64,000 nt of DNA from Octopus sinensis (GCF_006345805.1 NW_021836292.1:1-64000), one strand, 5' to 3'. Shown: positions 1 through 15,427, counted from the first letter of the stretch. The notes: a model not told the origin generated them from the letters alone. Made by a program: numbers and translations.

Positions 1-821
1 CCATAGACACACATTATGCATTGTTATAAATCAGTCTAATAAAGGCCCGAAACATATGTACCGCTGAATCCTTGGCATCATGTTGTTAATTTACTCCACC
101 ACCTACACCACCAAACGGTATATACAGGTGCTTACAATTATCAAGTACTCACCCTGAATTTCTATATATATATATATACAAATATATATATGTATATATA
201 TAATATATAATATATATATATATATTAATAAATACATATTATATATGTATATATAATATATATATATATATATATAGACATATACATATATATATATGTA
301 TATATATAACATACATACATACATACATATATATATATATATGTATGTATGTATATATAACATATATATGTATATATATACATATATATATACATATATA
401 CACTATATATAACATATATATATACATATACACATATATATACATATATATATACATATATATTTTGCATGTATATATACCTGTATACATCTGTATCTGT
501 GTGTATGGGTGTGGTGATGGTCTGTGTCTGTGTGTTTACAAATTTCAAAGGTAACTAATGTAATTACAATTTGTTTTCAGATACAATATAAATGTCGCTA
601 TAATTACTCAATTATTGAAAGTACTTGATTCACTTAACAAATGTGGTGCCTGACCATGAACTGAGACTAATTTTCTTGTATGACTTTAAATTGACGAATA
701 ATTGCTTACACTCGTGTTAACATAGTGTTTTAAGAGAACAGTACAGCTACCATTTCGTAGGTTAGTCTAGATGTATCAACAGCAACGAACATTCTTGTTC
801 TTAATAAAGTCTTAGTCTAAG

Positions 822-995
822 AAGGCGAACTAGCAAAATCGTTAACGAGCCGGGCAAAGTACTTAACGTTATTTAAAGCGTTCTTACGATCTGAGTTCAA
901 GTTCCACCAAGGTTGATTTGGGTCTTTCGGCGTTGATAAAAATAACTACCAGTTGTACACTCTGGTCGGTGTAATCGACTATCTCCCTTCCCCTT
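822..995 (+). mobile_element. tRNA-derived SINE (family B), degenerate
   Basis: Matches the well-preserved family B copy at 41546-41780 (head AAGGCG..GCAGAA, GAGTTCAAATTCC B-box-like motif, GTAATCGACT tail). Confidence 0.7.
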
Positions 996-1043
996 GCATT
1001 GCTGGCACTGAGCCAGAATCTGAAATCAATAATTAAGTTTTGG

Positions 1044-1222
1044 TGAGGCAGCAAGCTGGCGGAATCTTAAGCACGCCGGACAAAGTACTTAGCAGCATTT
1101 CGTCCGTCTTTGCATTCTAAGTTCAAATGCCACCGAAGTCAACCTTGCCGTGCATCCTTGCAGACTCGATAAAATAAGCACCAGTTGAGCCCTGGGTCAG
1201 TGTTATCGACTTATCTCCTCCC
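1044..1222 (+). mobile_element. tRNA-derived SINE (family B)
   Basis: GAGGCAGCAAGCTGGCGGAATC..AAGTTCAAATGCC..TTATCGACTT; same family as 41546-41780. Confidence 0.75.
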
Positions 1223-1261
1223 TCGACTTACTAATAGAAAGATATTGGGCACTGTTCCAAT

Positions 1262-1889
1262 TGCTCATCACAGTCATCAGTGTGTGATATGTATGAACTT
1301 TAAGGTGGTCAATTTTGTGGATGCGCCAAATATCCATGCTTTACATGTATGTGGGAGAGCAGGGTCAGAAAAAAACAGTAGGGGGTGAAAGAATAGTTGC
1401 ATAAACATTAGTTACAGGGTCTTTTAATGTGCTTGACGAGTCTTTAGTTCAACTGGGAATATCACCCTACCTTCACTCAATATCAAACTTGGCATTATGA
1501 AGCAGTTTGTTAAAGTTCTGGTAAAGATGAACCATGCTTTCACTATATCTGTAGCACATTTTTCGGTCTGAGGAGTGGAAAGATAAAAGCTGGAGTATTT
1601 GACGGGCCTCAAATTAGGCATAAAAAATGATGAAGAAATTTAAAGATTTTTATTAGTTTTCTGTAGAATTTTAAGAAAACATTCTGGTTTTGAAAACCAG
1701 TTTCTGTATATGCTTGTATGTTTGCCTTGTTCCTCATAAGATGGAAAAACAAAGAAATTTTATAGATGCAGCATTTTAAAATTTTGACGTGATGTTAATA
1801 AATGGTTGTCATTTTTGGATTTAGTGTCAAAAGACCCCTAGGTCCATATGTGTTGACAACACAGAAAACATTATTTTTGTTGGTTTGTG
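1262..1889 (+). mobile_element. Decayed DNA transposon, Chapaev3-like (CMC) transposase remnant with 3' terminus
   Basis: Frameshifted peptides QCVICMNFKVVNF, KYPCFTCMWESR and LPSLNIKLGIMKQFVKVL resemble the ..DLKMVNF/KYPCF.C.WDSR/LPPLHIKLG.MKQFVKAL motifs of this transposase group; the element appears to end TTGTG at 1889. Family name is from memory. Confidence 0.6.
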
Positions 1890-1947
1890 TTATTTAAATA
1901 ATTAAAACAGCCACTGAGCTTGCAATTTGGTGGTGGGGTTATTTAAT

Positions 1948-2530
1948 TTATACTATCGACTCCAGCACTCCACTGCTTTATTTTATCGACCATGATTGAA
2001 GGAATGAAAGGCAAAGTTGATCTTGGTAGAGGTTGAACTAAGAACGATAAAACATGGAAGAAGTACTGCAAAGCATTTTATCGGATGCTCTAGCAATTCT
2101 GTAAATCCGCTGCCCTTATAGATGATATAAATGTTTTTTTGATTTTGGCACAAGGCATTTTTTGTTTCAATACTTGACCAAATATTGCCTAAGTTCACTC
2201 GTAGGATTTGAACCGAGACGGGAAAGAGCTGGAACAAATACCACATGGAATTTCAATTTTCCAATGTTTTGACGAGTCTGCAAATTCGCTGCCTTAAATG
2301 GATGATGTGAAAAACTCATTTTTAGGCCACAAGGCCTAAAATTTGGGGGAAGGGGTGTAATCGAATACAGCGACTCCAATGCTCAACTGGTATTTATTTC
2401 ATTGACCTCGTAATGACAAAAGGCCAAGTCGAATTCGGTAGAATTTGAATTCAGAACGTAAGGACTAATGAAATTCCGCTAAGTATTTTCTCTTGTGTGC
2501 TAAATATTCTGCCAATTCACTGTCTTATAT
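1948..2530 (-). mobile_element. Cluster of 2-3 degenerate family B SINEs
   Basis: Reverse-complement matches to family B at about 1948-2118 and 2325-2530, with a weaker copy between them. Confidence 0.6.
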
Positions 2531-2699
2531 AAATAACCAAATTATATGAATAATTAAATCATTAAATGTTCAATCAAAATACTGGCCTTCTGAAGTAATA
2601 AACTTTTCCAACCGCACTTTAATAATAATTTGTCAGTTCAAAGAAATCTCCTATATTTAATGATCACAAAATCAGTAAAAGCACTAATTCCCTGTTATT

Positions 2700-2869
2700 G
2701 AGTCAAACTTGAAAAGGTGATAATCTGTTGACATGTCAGATGAATATGGAAGATAGTGGAGGACATCAAACTTCAAATTTCTAAAGTTAGAGTTAGTAAA
2801 TGAAAAGATTGGGTTCTAACAATAACACGAAACAATGTTTGGTCCATGCTCGTTGACTAATGCTGGTTG
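2700..2869 (-). mobile_element. Mariner transposase fragment
   Basis: Translates QPALVNEHGP...LKFDVLHYLPYSSDMSTDYHLFK, matching the mariner PALVNRKGP and YSPDL..DYHLF motifs; one internal stop. Confidence 0.65.
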
Positions 2870-3337
2870 TTTGAGGACCAATGGTAAATATATTTCAGTT
2901 ATCAGTCAACTGTATAATATGTAGCTGTAGTAATATGACCGCCGTGAAAGTGTTAAAATCTTCAGTACTCCATCTAATCGTTGGTTTTGTGTTGGTTTCC
3001 ATTGGTGTCGACTAGGAATAAATTATTAAGAACAAGAATGGGCCTCCGTCGATGTTCATCATTATTATCCATATTTTCAGGTTGGCCTTCGAAGCGATCG
3101 TTGAACACTGTAGTGTTTTACAGTTTTCACAAAATACTGCATCAACGTTAACATTAGAATGAAGAGCATTATTGCCTAATTTGAAATCATACTTGAAAAT
3201 TAGTCTCAGTTCACGGTCAGGCACCATTGTTGTTAGGGAATCAAATACTTCCGATAATTGAGCAATTATAGTTACATTTAAATTGGATCTGAAAACAAAA
3301 AGCAATTATGTCAGTAATCTTTCGTAATTAGTATGTG

Positions 3338-3373
<36 letters not shown>

Positions 3374-3545
3374 TATATATATAGATATAGATATAGATAT
3401 ATACGTATATATGTGTGTATATATATGTGTGTGCATACACATATATACATACAGACGGACATATGTGTGTGTATACAATTTGAAAAATATAATTACTTTT
3501 GTAATCTTTCTTAATTAGTGTGTATAATATATATATATATATATT

Positions 3546-3648
<103 letters not shown>

Positions 3649-6240
3649 ATACAAATATACTAATTTCGTAAGATTACTAAAATAATGGCCTTTTTGTTAT
3701 GTATATGTGCCTGTGTGTGTATGTATGTAAAGAGTATATATATATTGGAAGAACTTTATTCAAATATCTATATTTACAGTGATCTTAAACACTACTCGAA
3801 TATGACTTTCTATTGTCCATGAGGTGAATATTTTTTATATTCAAGCGGCTACATTTGTTTGTGTGTCTGTTGTTTTCTCTTTCTTCCTTTAGTCATATTT
3901 TTTACGATGTTTTTATTACCAATATCAGTGTGCTGTTATTAGTTCCCAAGTTCCCGAAATAGGAAATGGACAATGCTTTCATATCTCCACAAAACTGTAA
4001 CACCTAACCTTTTGGGGATGCAACAATGGATTTCGCATATGACTTAGTCTTCTATTCTTGTCTAGCTATTCTCCAGGCCGCTTTCCTCATCGTATAATTT
4101 CACATTTCAAACATAGATCCTTGTCTTATCTAATGACAATCGACGAATAGATCTCAAGATGTCACTGTATCTAAATTTTATTCAATTCAAATTGGAATCA
4201 ATCTGCAACTTTACTGTTGCTTAGAGCTGTCGTGATATGGTCGCCGTGAAAGAGGCAAAGTCTTCAGAAAACATTCGATCCATTTTCTTTGAAATATTTT
4301 CTACTGCTATCAATAAGTTTTTATTTACCCTCTTTGGAGGTTTTATTATTGTTATCCATATTTCGAGACTATGTTTATTAAAAGAACGCTAAACAGTTCA
4401 CGTTAATCATCCAAGAATCGACATTTTCAGAAAATAACTTTAAAGAGAAGAGAATTCACTCACATTTCATTTGGGTAGACGTTCTGTGAACTAGGGAACT
4501 TCGTCAGTACCGAATTTGTAAGTCATAAGAGGAGTAGAGATGAGTATGTCGGATGGATTAGGTAGAATGGTACGCAACGAGCTAGCTCTGGGAAAGAGAA
4601 ACCATTGTAGTGACTATAGGAATACTCGGGATCTTTCATTTATCTCTTGATCTCCAAATGTATTTCTTAAGTATTATTGTGTTATTCATGAGATGATGAT
4701 GAATGGGCTGTTGAGCTGGTGCACGCAACGTTTGAATAAATGCTCAATAATTACAAGTTAGCATGCCGATATGCTACTAGTTGAGATCATACGATGTTTT
4801 TTTTGGTGGGTATTTACCTTTTATAAGACAGAAAATATACGTCGACTACTTTCATTCTTCGTATTTTCTTATATTTTCTCTTTGTAACACACCATGGCAC
4901 TTGGCGCATTTCATGCAGCTCTAGCTCACTTTTATGCTGTTCGCATTGGTCTGCTGCCAGAATATACCTACTCTGCAAATAATTCCGATCAGAGAAATTA
5001 AACACTTTGCAAGATGGCTTTTATTGTATGATGGATTATACCATATAACGTTTTCTCATCAAGTATTTTTAGATTGGTTGCTTCTCATAGTTATTAAAAG
5101 GTACTTAATCATTGATACCCCTTGTCTGTTCTTTTCTCCTCTCCATTAAATGTCGGATGTTTGGAAAACAAACTTATTCTTTAGGATACATTTGGATGCA
5201 TTTCTGACAGCGTTTCAGTGTATGATTAGATTGTGTGTGTGTATGTGTGCGTGAGTTTGTATGTGTGCGTATGTGTGTGCGTGCATGTTTGCGTGCGTGC
5301 ATGTTTGCGTGCGTGTGAGTGTGTGCAGATGTATTTCAAACAGGCCAATTGCGAAACGAAACAAATTTATATGTAATTAGTTGAATATAGGATTCCACAA
5401 GCAAGTAAAACAGATATCATTCATTTAAAAGTCATGCGTTCCAACATAAAATCTCCTTCGACACCAAGAAAAACACTGCAGCACTTCCAAAATATATATG
5501 GAGGTCAATGTATATAAAAATAGATTTGGATATAACAGCAGCGTTGCAAGGGAAATACTAAACAAGGTACCAACACTTCAGAAATAATCGATTTGCTGTT
5601 AGCTCTGTCTTACAGAAAAACTTTATATCATCCGCCTTTAACGCATTGATACTTGGCATAATACTTTCTCATGAACTTTAATATACAGAAAAAAGTAACC
5701 TTGCTTGTGAACAGATAAAAAGAAACGATGTGAAAGAGCCAGTGAACGCTTAAACTATTATTAGTCCCTTTCAGAATTGAACGAAATCATAGTTCGGATA
5801 TATACGAATAACCCCTTAGATTTCTTACAAAATAGTTTATTGAGCACTTTTTGATTTTTGAGCCACAAAACAGAGAAAACATGTATCTACATGTGAGCGT
5901 GTGAATGTGTTTGTGCGCGCTTTTTGTGTAACATGGAGAAAGAGAAAAAGAGTGTTATAAATATGCATGTTCACTGCACACGTTCCAAAAACTGTTATTC
6001 ATCGTCAGGATCATTGCATTTCGCAAGACAAAAAAATGTCGAATTTTACTTGTGAATTATATTTACACTTATGCTATTTAAAAGACTTCTACATAAAACT
6101 TTTAAACAACTTTCACTTTTCCTCTCATTCTCTCTTCACGCACATACACATACATACATGTGTGTATGTGTACGTGTGCGTGTATTTGGGTGGATGTGAA
6201 TATATATATATATACATATATACATTTCTTCATATACATT

Positions 6241-6321
<81 letters not shown>

Positions 6322-6482
6322 GTGTGCGTGTGTATGCATATATATATATATATTATATATGTACATAGGAACATTTACACATATTTGAATATATATATGT
6401 GTGCGTGTGTATGCATATATATATATATGTATAGATATATATTTATATATGTGTATCTATATATATGTATGCATGTATATAT

Positions 6483-6562
<80 letters not shown>

Positions 6563-7444
6563 TTCCTACCTGTATTTCCCCTTCCTTTTAGTTCGAAGTA
6601 TTTCGATAACCGAATCTGCGTTTAAAAATTATAGTGTTACATGCGCGCAAGTATAGATGCACGCACGCAAGCACACACGCACATACACACACATATATAC
6701 ATATATATTTACATAAATATATATATATACTCATACATACATACATACAAACACGCATACACACATGCATATATATACATACATACAGACATACATCTCT
6801 ATATATGTATACATATACTCCTTACAAAAGCTATAAAATAAAAGCAAATGATAAATTCCTTTGCATATTCTTTCCACTTTTTCTCTTCTTTCCAACGTTA
6901 ATATATATAAAAATTATTCATTTTTAATATCTTCCTATTTCATTATATTCAATTTTGATGCATGTTATATGATATATATCATTTTTTCTATATTTTCAGC
7001 ATAGTATCTTTGATATTTCTTTTCAACTGTTATTGAATGTTTCCAGAGGAATATCTAAAATGAAATATAAATTATTTTAAAAAATACTATTTGCTTTCTT
7101 CTTTATTTTAATTTGTTTCTTTTTAGTTTTCTATTGGTTGATGCTTTTAGGATATATTTGATTTCTTTTTTCTGTTTATCATGCATTCAGATGTATATAA
7201 ATGTATACATACAAAGAAAATAGAAATACATAAAGATGTATATGTATCAGCAGCACATATGTATTTGTGCGGGTATAGACCCGCTGATGAAGGTATCAGA
7301 TGTCCATATATTTTTACAAACGTCTAACTACAAGAAAGAAATCATATCCGAAAGGGTATATATTCATGTAGTTGTATAGCTTGGATTTATTTTTAAGTTG
7401 CTCCTCGCGTTATCTGTATTTATATGTCATTGTATTGTTCTGTA

Positions 7445-7830
7445 GACAACGATCTGACGGAATTGTTAACACGCCTGACAAAGTGCTTAGTGACATTTCT
7501 TCTGGTTTTACATCTGAGTTCAAATTCCGCAGAGGTCGATTTTTCCGTTCATCTTTTCGGGGTCAATAAAATAAGTACGAGTTGAACATTGACTAACCCC
7601 TCGTCCAAAATTTCAGGGCTTTCGTCAATAGAAGTACGCTGGTTTATAGCTGAGAGTTGGGTTAATAGAATAGTTACAAGGTCAGAAAAATATCTTCCGG
7701 TATTTACTTTCTGGTTTAAAATCCCGCAATGGTAAAATTTTCCCTTCATCCTTTCAGGTTGGGTACGATAATAAACTACCTGTCAAGTACCAGGTTGTAT
7801 GTAATCATCTAAGCCCCTTTTAAAAGTGAT
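7445..7830 (+). mobile_element. Two tandem degenerate family B SINEs
   Basis: CTGAGTTCAAATTCCGCAGAGGTCGA at about 7513 and a second, more diverged copy from about 7630. Confidence 0.55.
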
Positions 7831-8397
7831 GGTCTTGTGCATATTTTTGAAAAACTCATTACCTGATATCTGATTATTTTCTTTTTTGTTGGGATCTCTA
7901 CTAATCACTTTGCCCGAAAGTAATATTTTCACTATGTCAATGAAGTGTGTGTGTGTGTGTGGTGTGTGTGTGTGTATGTATGTATGTGTGTGTGTGTGTG
8001 TACGTGGATGTTTAAATATTGACAGCTCATTTCTGATTGCGCTTACATATCAAAATATTATCCATCTATGACAATCCTGTCTTATTCGAACACATTGTGA
8101 CTGGAACTACATTTTGTAATATGTACTCCATTACATCTAAGATCAAAATCGTTCCCATCCTGTCTGGCGAAGAATATCTTCGTCCATATTCTCCAAAGTG
8201 TCGTCTCATTATTTAAGGCAGCAGCCAGCTTTTCTAAGGAGGTTTGGGTGTTATTTCAAACTTATTGGGTGACTGCGTAACGATTCTGTCATTAGTTTTT
8301 GTATCTAGTATATGTGCGTGAAAGTGTATGTGTGAAAGTAAATATGTACACACATTAACATACAAACATGTGTGTCTGTGTGCATATATATATATAT

Positions 8398-8532
8398 AGG
8401 CTCGAAACGTTAAAGACTTTTCACTTCCCGAGCGTTATACTAATACATCTGTTTGTTGTCTACACCACCGGTCTTCGTCTTTTGGTTTTTTTTGTGAATT
8501 CTCCCTATATATATATATAGGGAGAATTCACA
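8398..8532. repeat. PLE-like terminal fragment ending in a perfect 40-bp palindrome (8493-8532)
   Basis: TGTGAATTCTCCC(TA)7GGGAGAATTCACA; the 3' half of an HHR (CTC GAAA CG TT) is at about 8401-8411. Confidence 0.55.
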
Positions 8533-10694
8533 CAAAAAAAAACAAACAAAAAAACAAACAAGGAGAGAAAATAGAGAAAATAAAGAATGTGTAGTGACTA
8601 TATGCAAAAAAGATATATGCAAAAAGATATATGCAAAAAAATATATATAGCAATAAAAATATATTTTAAAATGTTAAGACATATGAAAGGCTTGTACACG
8701 GACATAGTAAAAAAGCAGGTTCTATCTGTGATATTTTTGGGGTGGTTGTCCCATATATATATATATATATATATATAGATATGTATATTAATTGATAAAT
8801 AGACAGATAGTCAGAGAGTGGAAAAGGGAGATAAAGAAAGGGAGAAAGAGAAAGAGAAAGAACAGAGAAAAATCTCACATATAAACGAAACTATAGTATT
8901 GTATTTTAATAGGAAGACGTAGATGTCGGAGATCTGGAGGGAAAATGTTTAAGAAGACCTATGATAAATAAGAGGGAAGGAAATAAATATTTTAAAGAGA
9001 GTCGAAAATGATTCTTTTGATTTTTTACTTGTAATTTCTATGTAATACAGGAATTTAAAATAATTGCTTTGGAAATGGACTTTTGTTTTATATTTCCAGA
9101 AATATCATGATTCTCGGAAACTCTATAACAATAAAAATTGTTGATGATGATGATGATAATGCTGTTGATGTAATTTTTGATGATTTTGTTGATATGTTGG
9201 TAATGATGATGTTAGTGTTCTTAATGATGATTTCGTTGATGATGATGCTATTGTATATTATAATGTCATTAATGATGATGATGTTGACGACAATGCTATT
9301 GATGATGTTGATAATGCTGTTGATGGTTATGTTGTTATTTAGTTTCATATCAAATCTGATCTAGCAAATCGATGACCACCTAAACTTTCTGTATTTCAAT
9401 ATCCAATATATCATTCTTTATTCGCAATAGTGGGCGAGGATTTATGAGAAATTTGGCTAATATTTCTAAGGCGCTCGCGATATCGCGGGGAAAGCTAGTT
9501 TTTAGTATGGCGGAGTGGAAACGACAATAATAATAAAATCTCAACAAAATAAGCAGTTGTGTATGAGTTCTGTATGAGAAGAGAATAAAATATAAGCTTA
9601 TATTATGTCACTCTATACACGATGATTGATTGCTTGATAAATGCATATTTCAGAGTAACTTTCTTTCCTATACATTGCATTTTCTGAGAAATATTTAGAA
9701 ATATAAAATATTTTTCTTCTTCGTGCTAGTTATCATTGCATATTCAGCAGTTCCCTCTAAACTCATTTTTCTCTTGCTCCAACAGATCTTCCACTTTCAT
9801 TTCTTATTCTCCATTAAGGCTCAGCATGAAAGGATTATATACATGCTTCTTTGCATCAAGAGCAGCAAACCCTTTGTAGCCAAAAGATGCAAAACATCTC
9901 CGAACTTCTGCACTTTTTTTATTGTCATTATTGTAACTTCACTAAAACTACAACTAACGCTAATTATGTCTTCCTATAGAAAAATCTAAGTTCTGTAAGC
10001 TATCTGATCAACAATTACTGCTAATGATTTCTTTACATTTATCTTAAGAACTTCTTTTTCATAGGTTACCCAACGTTTCACTATATCCTTTGCGCTGATT
10101 TATTAAATGGTATTTTGCTTCTGTTAGCTCTCTAGATATTCAGTCTCAACACCTACTTTCCGAAAGTCAGCTAACTTTTTCAGTTTTACATTATTTTTTA
10201 TTCCTAAGCAGCAATTGAGTTTTATGCTGCAATCTCAAGCGTTATTCAATATGCTTTAGTGGTTTGGTTTCTATTTCTAGCAACTTGAACAATCATTTTG
10301 AGACTCTATTGGTTAGAAAAACTATGGAATTTCATGTTCTTAACGTTTTATAAGTGTTAAGCGGTCCTTATTAAGAAGCTATGATCGCTCGGCCAGCAAA
10401 AAATAACTGCTAAATTCCCTTTAACTTTTATCCTATTTTCTTAAAAACGGGGAAGGACACATTGAATAATACAATTCAGTGTACACTTCTTCAAGAAAAA
10501 TTGGATAGCCATGGTTGAAGAGTCTTCGATCCTAGGTCAGCTTGATTAGTAACAAATTGTGACGAAACAACAATCACATTTAATAAATCTCTGAGAATAA
10601 AGACTTTTAAATATACATTTAAGGATGCAGGTATGTCTGTGTGTGTGTGTATGTATTTGCATGTATGTGTATGTATTTGTGTGTGTGTGTGTGT

Positions 10695-10736
<42 letters not shown>

Positions 10737-11445
10737 CGTGGTCAAATGCATTTCGGAATGGACAACCATTTCCTCTTACTCCAAGAGATTTGGAGAAGGA
10801 AGTTATGACAGTTACGAATTATTCAACGATTATTTGGAGAGTAGGTGAAGTGAAGTTAAATAGATGTCATCGGAAATCGATAATTTCTATCCTATAGTAG
10901 CACTCGACATTCGGCCTATAGATATTATATAATTGGTTCTGACATTTGCTTAAACATTTAAGATTGAAGCTCAATTTATATTTTGCAAGTTTCTACATCA
11001 TAACTTGTATATTACAGTATGAAGTGGGTTTTTAATTTTATGATTGAAATAGTAATTCCTGTCAATTTTGATTATGCTATTCATCACCGTGTATTTAATA
11101 AATGAGGTGTTAGTAATCTTACTGAATCAAATTTAATAAGAAAGCAGCCTAAATATATTTTCCTGTAAATGTTTATCTGTAGTTAAAGACATAAATAATA
11201 AGACATACGGAAGTTTATATGTTTCATAACTCCGAAGAAGAGCAGCAGCCAGTACGCTTTCTACAGCCACCGAGAGCGTTGGGAAAATTTATAATCAGAC
11301 CAGAAATCTGGTTCAAATTTTTGCAGCAAAGTAGACTTCCAATAAAGGAATCCAAGGGTCAGCTGGACTTTAGTTTTAAACGATTATTTCTATCATCCAC
11401 GAATATGTAAACTCCCTTATTATCGGCTTCTACGCTGTTTTTTGT

Positions 11446-11628
11446 CTATCCATTTTCACTCATAAGGCATGGGTAATCCAGTCCTAAGGTACACAAGATC
11501 CAGACGGAAGTGTTTAACAGTCTACCGCTCAATAATAGAAGCAATCTATCCGAAAGACCTCCGCATTTTCTGTCTACACATTTTCCGTCATCGTAGAATA
11601 AACTTACTAATTGTGCAACACACCACAA
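11446..11628 (-). pseudogene. Possible decayed exon of a fucosyltransferase-like (CGG..DR motif) gene
   Basis: Non-repetitive ORF KCVDRKCGGLSDRLLLLLSGRLL...LGLDYPCL resembles the CGG.xDR..GxxS...PC motif of molluscan GT23/NodZ-like proteins as I recall it; stops follow in frame. Confidence 0.25.
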
Positions 11629-12757
11629 TCAAACCCAGAACCACATGATCTAGAAGCGAATGTTTTAACCGACCATTTGTTTTTCTTGTTCAGTCCAAAG
11701 CCATATACGGTTAAAGGTGTTCCCGCTATCACTATCACCCACTTTCTTAAGAATATACAGAATTGCATTATCTCTGCGTTTTTTCTATCTATATAAGAAG
11801 GTGGGATGTTATTTGAAACATGCTTGCTCATTGCTACTAGCAGTAAAAGCGACAATGTAGCGGTTCCATTGCTCGCTTCTTTTAAGCATAGAAAATGCTC
11901 GAATGTACAAAACAAAAGAGATACATGAATAAAACATATTGCTATGAATATATTCACGTATCAAGTAATGAAATACTCATTACGATTCAGAACGCAAATG
12001 ATATAGAAGCATCGAGAAATATGTATATAGGTATTTATTAATGATGTCATGGAACGAATTCAGAAATAGATAATAGATTATAACATATTGGGTCAAATAC
12101 CTCAACGAATGACCACGTTACGTAATAATAAATAATCATTTTAATTACATATATAATAATGAATTATTTTATTATAATAATGCCTTCAAATTACTATTGC
12201 AAAATTAATCGAACGTGAACCAATACATGTGCATCTGCAACGGTTATATTATAAAGTTAATCCTCTCATATTCTTAATGCAATTAAGTAATCCATTATCG
12301 TGAATTCGAATTAAATCAGATTTCCAATTAAATCAAAGTTAAAATTAGTGCGGCCTTCGTATACTTTCATACAAATGTAAACATTTCGATAACATATGCA
12401 TGCATATATGATAATTGTTTTAAATTCTAGTTTTATTAATTTCAGTCAATTAACATTAGGCCACATTGGAGCACCGCCTTCAAAGACTTAAGTCAAATAT
12501 ATCTACGCCGGATTAGCAGTCATTAATGCATCGCAAAGAATAACTTACGGTATTTATTCAGGTTTTCTTCACTTTGTGTTCAAATGGGCCAAAATTTTAT
12601 TTGCTTTCATTTTTTCGGGATCCATTAAAAGTACAACCCTGGGTAGTGGATTCAAAAAATATTAAGCGTCGCGTGTGATACCTTGCAGCAATTGTCTGTT
12701 CTATTCAGTGTTCAAATCTCGCCTTGTGGCACCAGAAAGAAAGAAAAACATAGTCAC

Positions 12758-12962
12758 AGGCGTGGATGTGTGGTAAGACGCTTGCTTCCCAACCACATGG
12801 TTCCGGATTCAGTCCCACTGTGTGATATCTTGGGCAAACATCGACTATAGCCTCGAGCCGAGCAAAGCCTTGTGAGTGGATTTGGCAGAGGGAAACTGAA
12901 AGCTTGTCGTATGCGTGCGTGTGTGCGTGCGTGTGTGTGTGTGTGTGTGGTGTGTGTGTGTG

Positions 12963-13007
<45 letters not shown>

Positions 13008-13187
13008 ATTACCGCTTGACAACCGGCGTTGATGTGTTGACGTCCCCGTAACTTTGCCGTTCGGCAAAAGTAACCGATAGAATAAGTATTAAGCTTAAGA
13101 AATATGTCCCGGGTTCGTTTTGTTCGACTAAACCCTTCAAGCATTGCTGCAGTGAAATGATTTAAGCAAGTAAAAGAATGAAGGAAT
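12758..13187 (+). mobile_element. tRNA-derived SINE (family A)
   Basis: Head GGCGTGGATGTGTGGTAAG..GGTTCCGGATTCAGTCCC, internal (TG)n and AAAAGAAT tail; same family as 47624-48052. Confidence 0.85.
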
Positions 13188-13320
13188 CTGGAGAGCAACG
13201 AAAACGAGTGATAGGCTTTGGAAATCCGTAAACATATCGCTAAGTTTTTCGGCTGTTGACACACCATAACAGCTAATCGCCTGACAAGTAGGAATGTAAG
13301 TGAACTTTCTAGCTTTCATT

Positions 13321-13399
13321 CATTCATACATACATACATACATACATACATACATACATACATACATACATACATACATACATCCATCCATCCATCCAT

Positions 13400-13455
<56 letters not shown>

Positions 13456-13890
13456 ACACACATACACACATACACACACACATACATACATACATACATA
13501 ATACATACATACATACATACATACATACATACATACTACATACATACATACATAACATACATACATACATACATACATACATACATACATACATACATAC
13601 ATACATACATACATACATACATACATACATACATACATACATACATACTACATACATACATACATACATACATACATACATACATACATACATACATACA
13701 TAATACATACATACATACATACATACATACATACATACATACATACATAATACATACATACATACATACATACATACATACATACATACATACATACATA
13801 CATACATACATACATACATACATACATACATACATACTACATACATACATACATACATACATACATACATACATACATACATACATACAT
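13321..13890. repeat. (TACA)n/(CA)n compound microsatellite, about 570 bp
   Basis: Direct inspection. Confidence 0.98.
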
Positions 13891-14231
13891 AGGAGGAAGA
13901 GATCCCCTTCGGTCATGAATGACCATGGGATTGCACCTAGAAAGTTACCCTCCGAGGCACAAGTCAGGGCAAGATTGTTTGTGGGAGGCTAGCAGTCGCT
14001 CATGCATACCAGCCTCCCCTCTCCACACCACTGATGCCATCCAAGGGAATGGCAAAGGCCGATACAGCTTGGCACCAGTGATGTTGCAACTCATTTTTAC
14101 AGCTGAGTTAACTGGAGCAACGTGAAATAAAGTATCTTGCTCAAGAACACAATACACAGCCCGGTCCGAGAATCGAACTCACAACCTCACGATCGTAAGC
14201 TCTACGCTCTAACCACTGAGCCATGTGCCTT

Positions 14232-14233
<2 letters not shown>
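13891..14233 (-). mobile_element. tRNA-derived SINE (family C/D)
   Basis: Minus-strand head GAAGGCACATGGCTCAGTGGTTAGAGC..GTGAGTTCGATTCTC with A- and B-box-like motifs; the tail runs into the (TACA)n tract. Confidence 0.85.
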
Positions 14234-14275
<42 letters not shown>

Positions 14276-14277
14276 AT

Positions 14278-14337
<60 letters not shown>

Positions 14338-14338
14338 A

Positions 14339-15313
<975 letters not shown>

Positions 15314-15368
15314 TGGACACTCATTAGATGGAGGACTCTTCTTGTTCACCTTTTTACGCATATCAATT

Positions 15369-15426
<58 letters not shown>

Positions 15427-15427
15427 A

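Noticed and set aside
2890-3300. Cadherin or adhesion-GPCR similarity on the plus strand (NGPPSMF, SRSGTIV, CSCSNMTAV)
   Set aside because: Short motif coincidences with stops; not reproduced in the other copies; the acceptor site points to the opposite strand.
7272-7340. Hammerhead at CTGATGA 7284
   Set aside because: A hairpin precedes the core, but there is no coherent stem II, GAAA, stem III and stem I set; at best a heavily deleted relic.
9088-9364. Hydrophobic Met/Leu-rich and Ile/Asn-rich ORFs
   Set aside because: They are readings of a degenerate (GAT)n tract.
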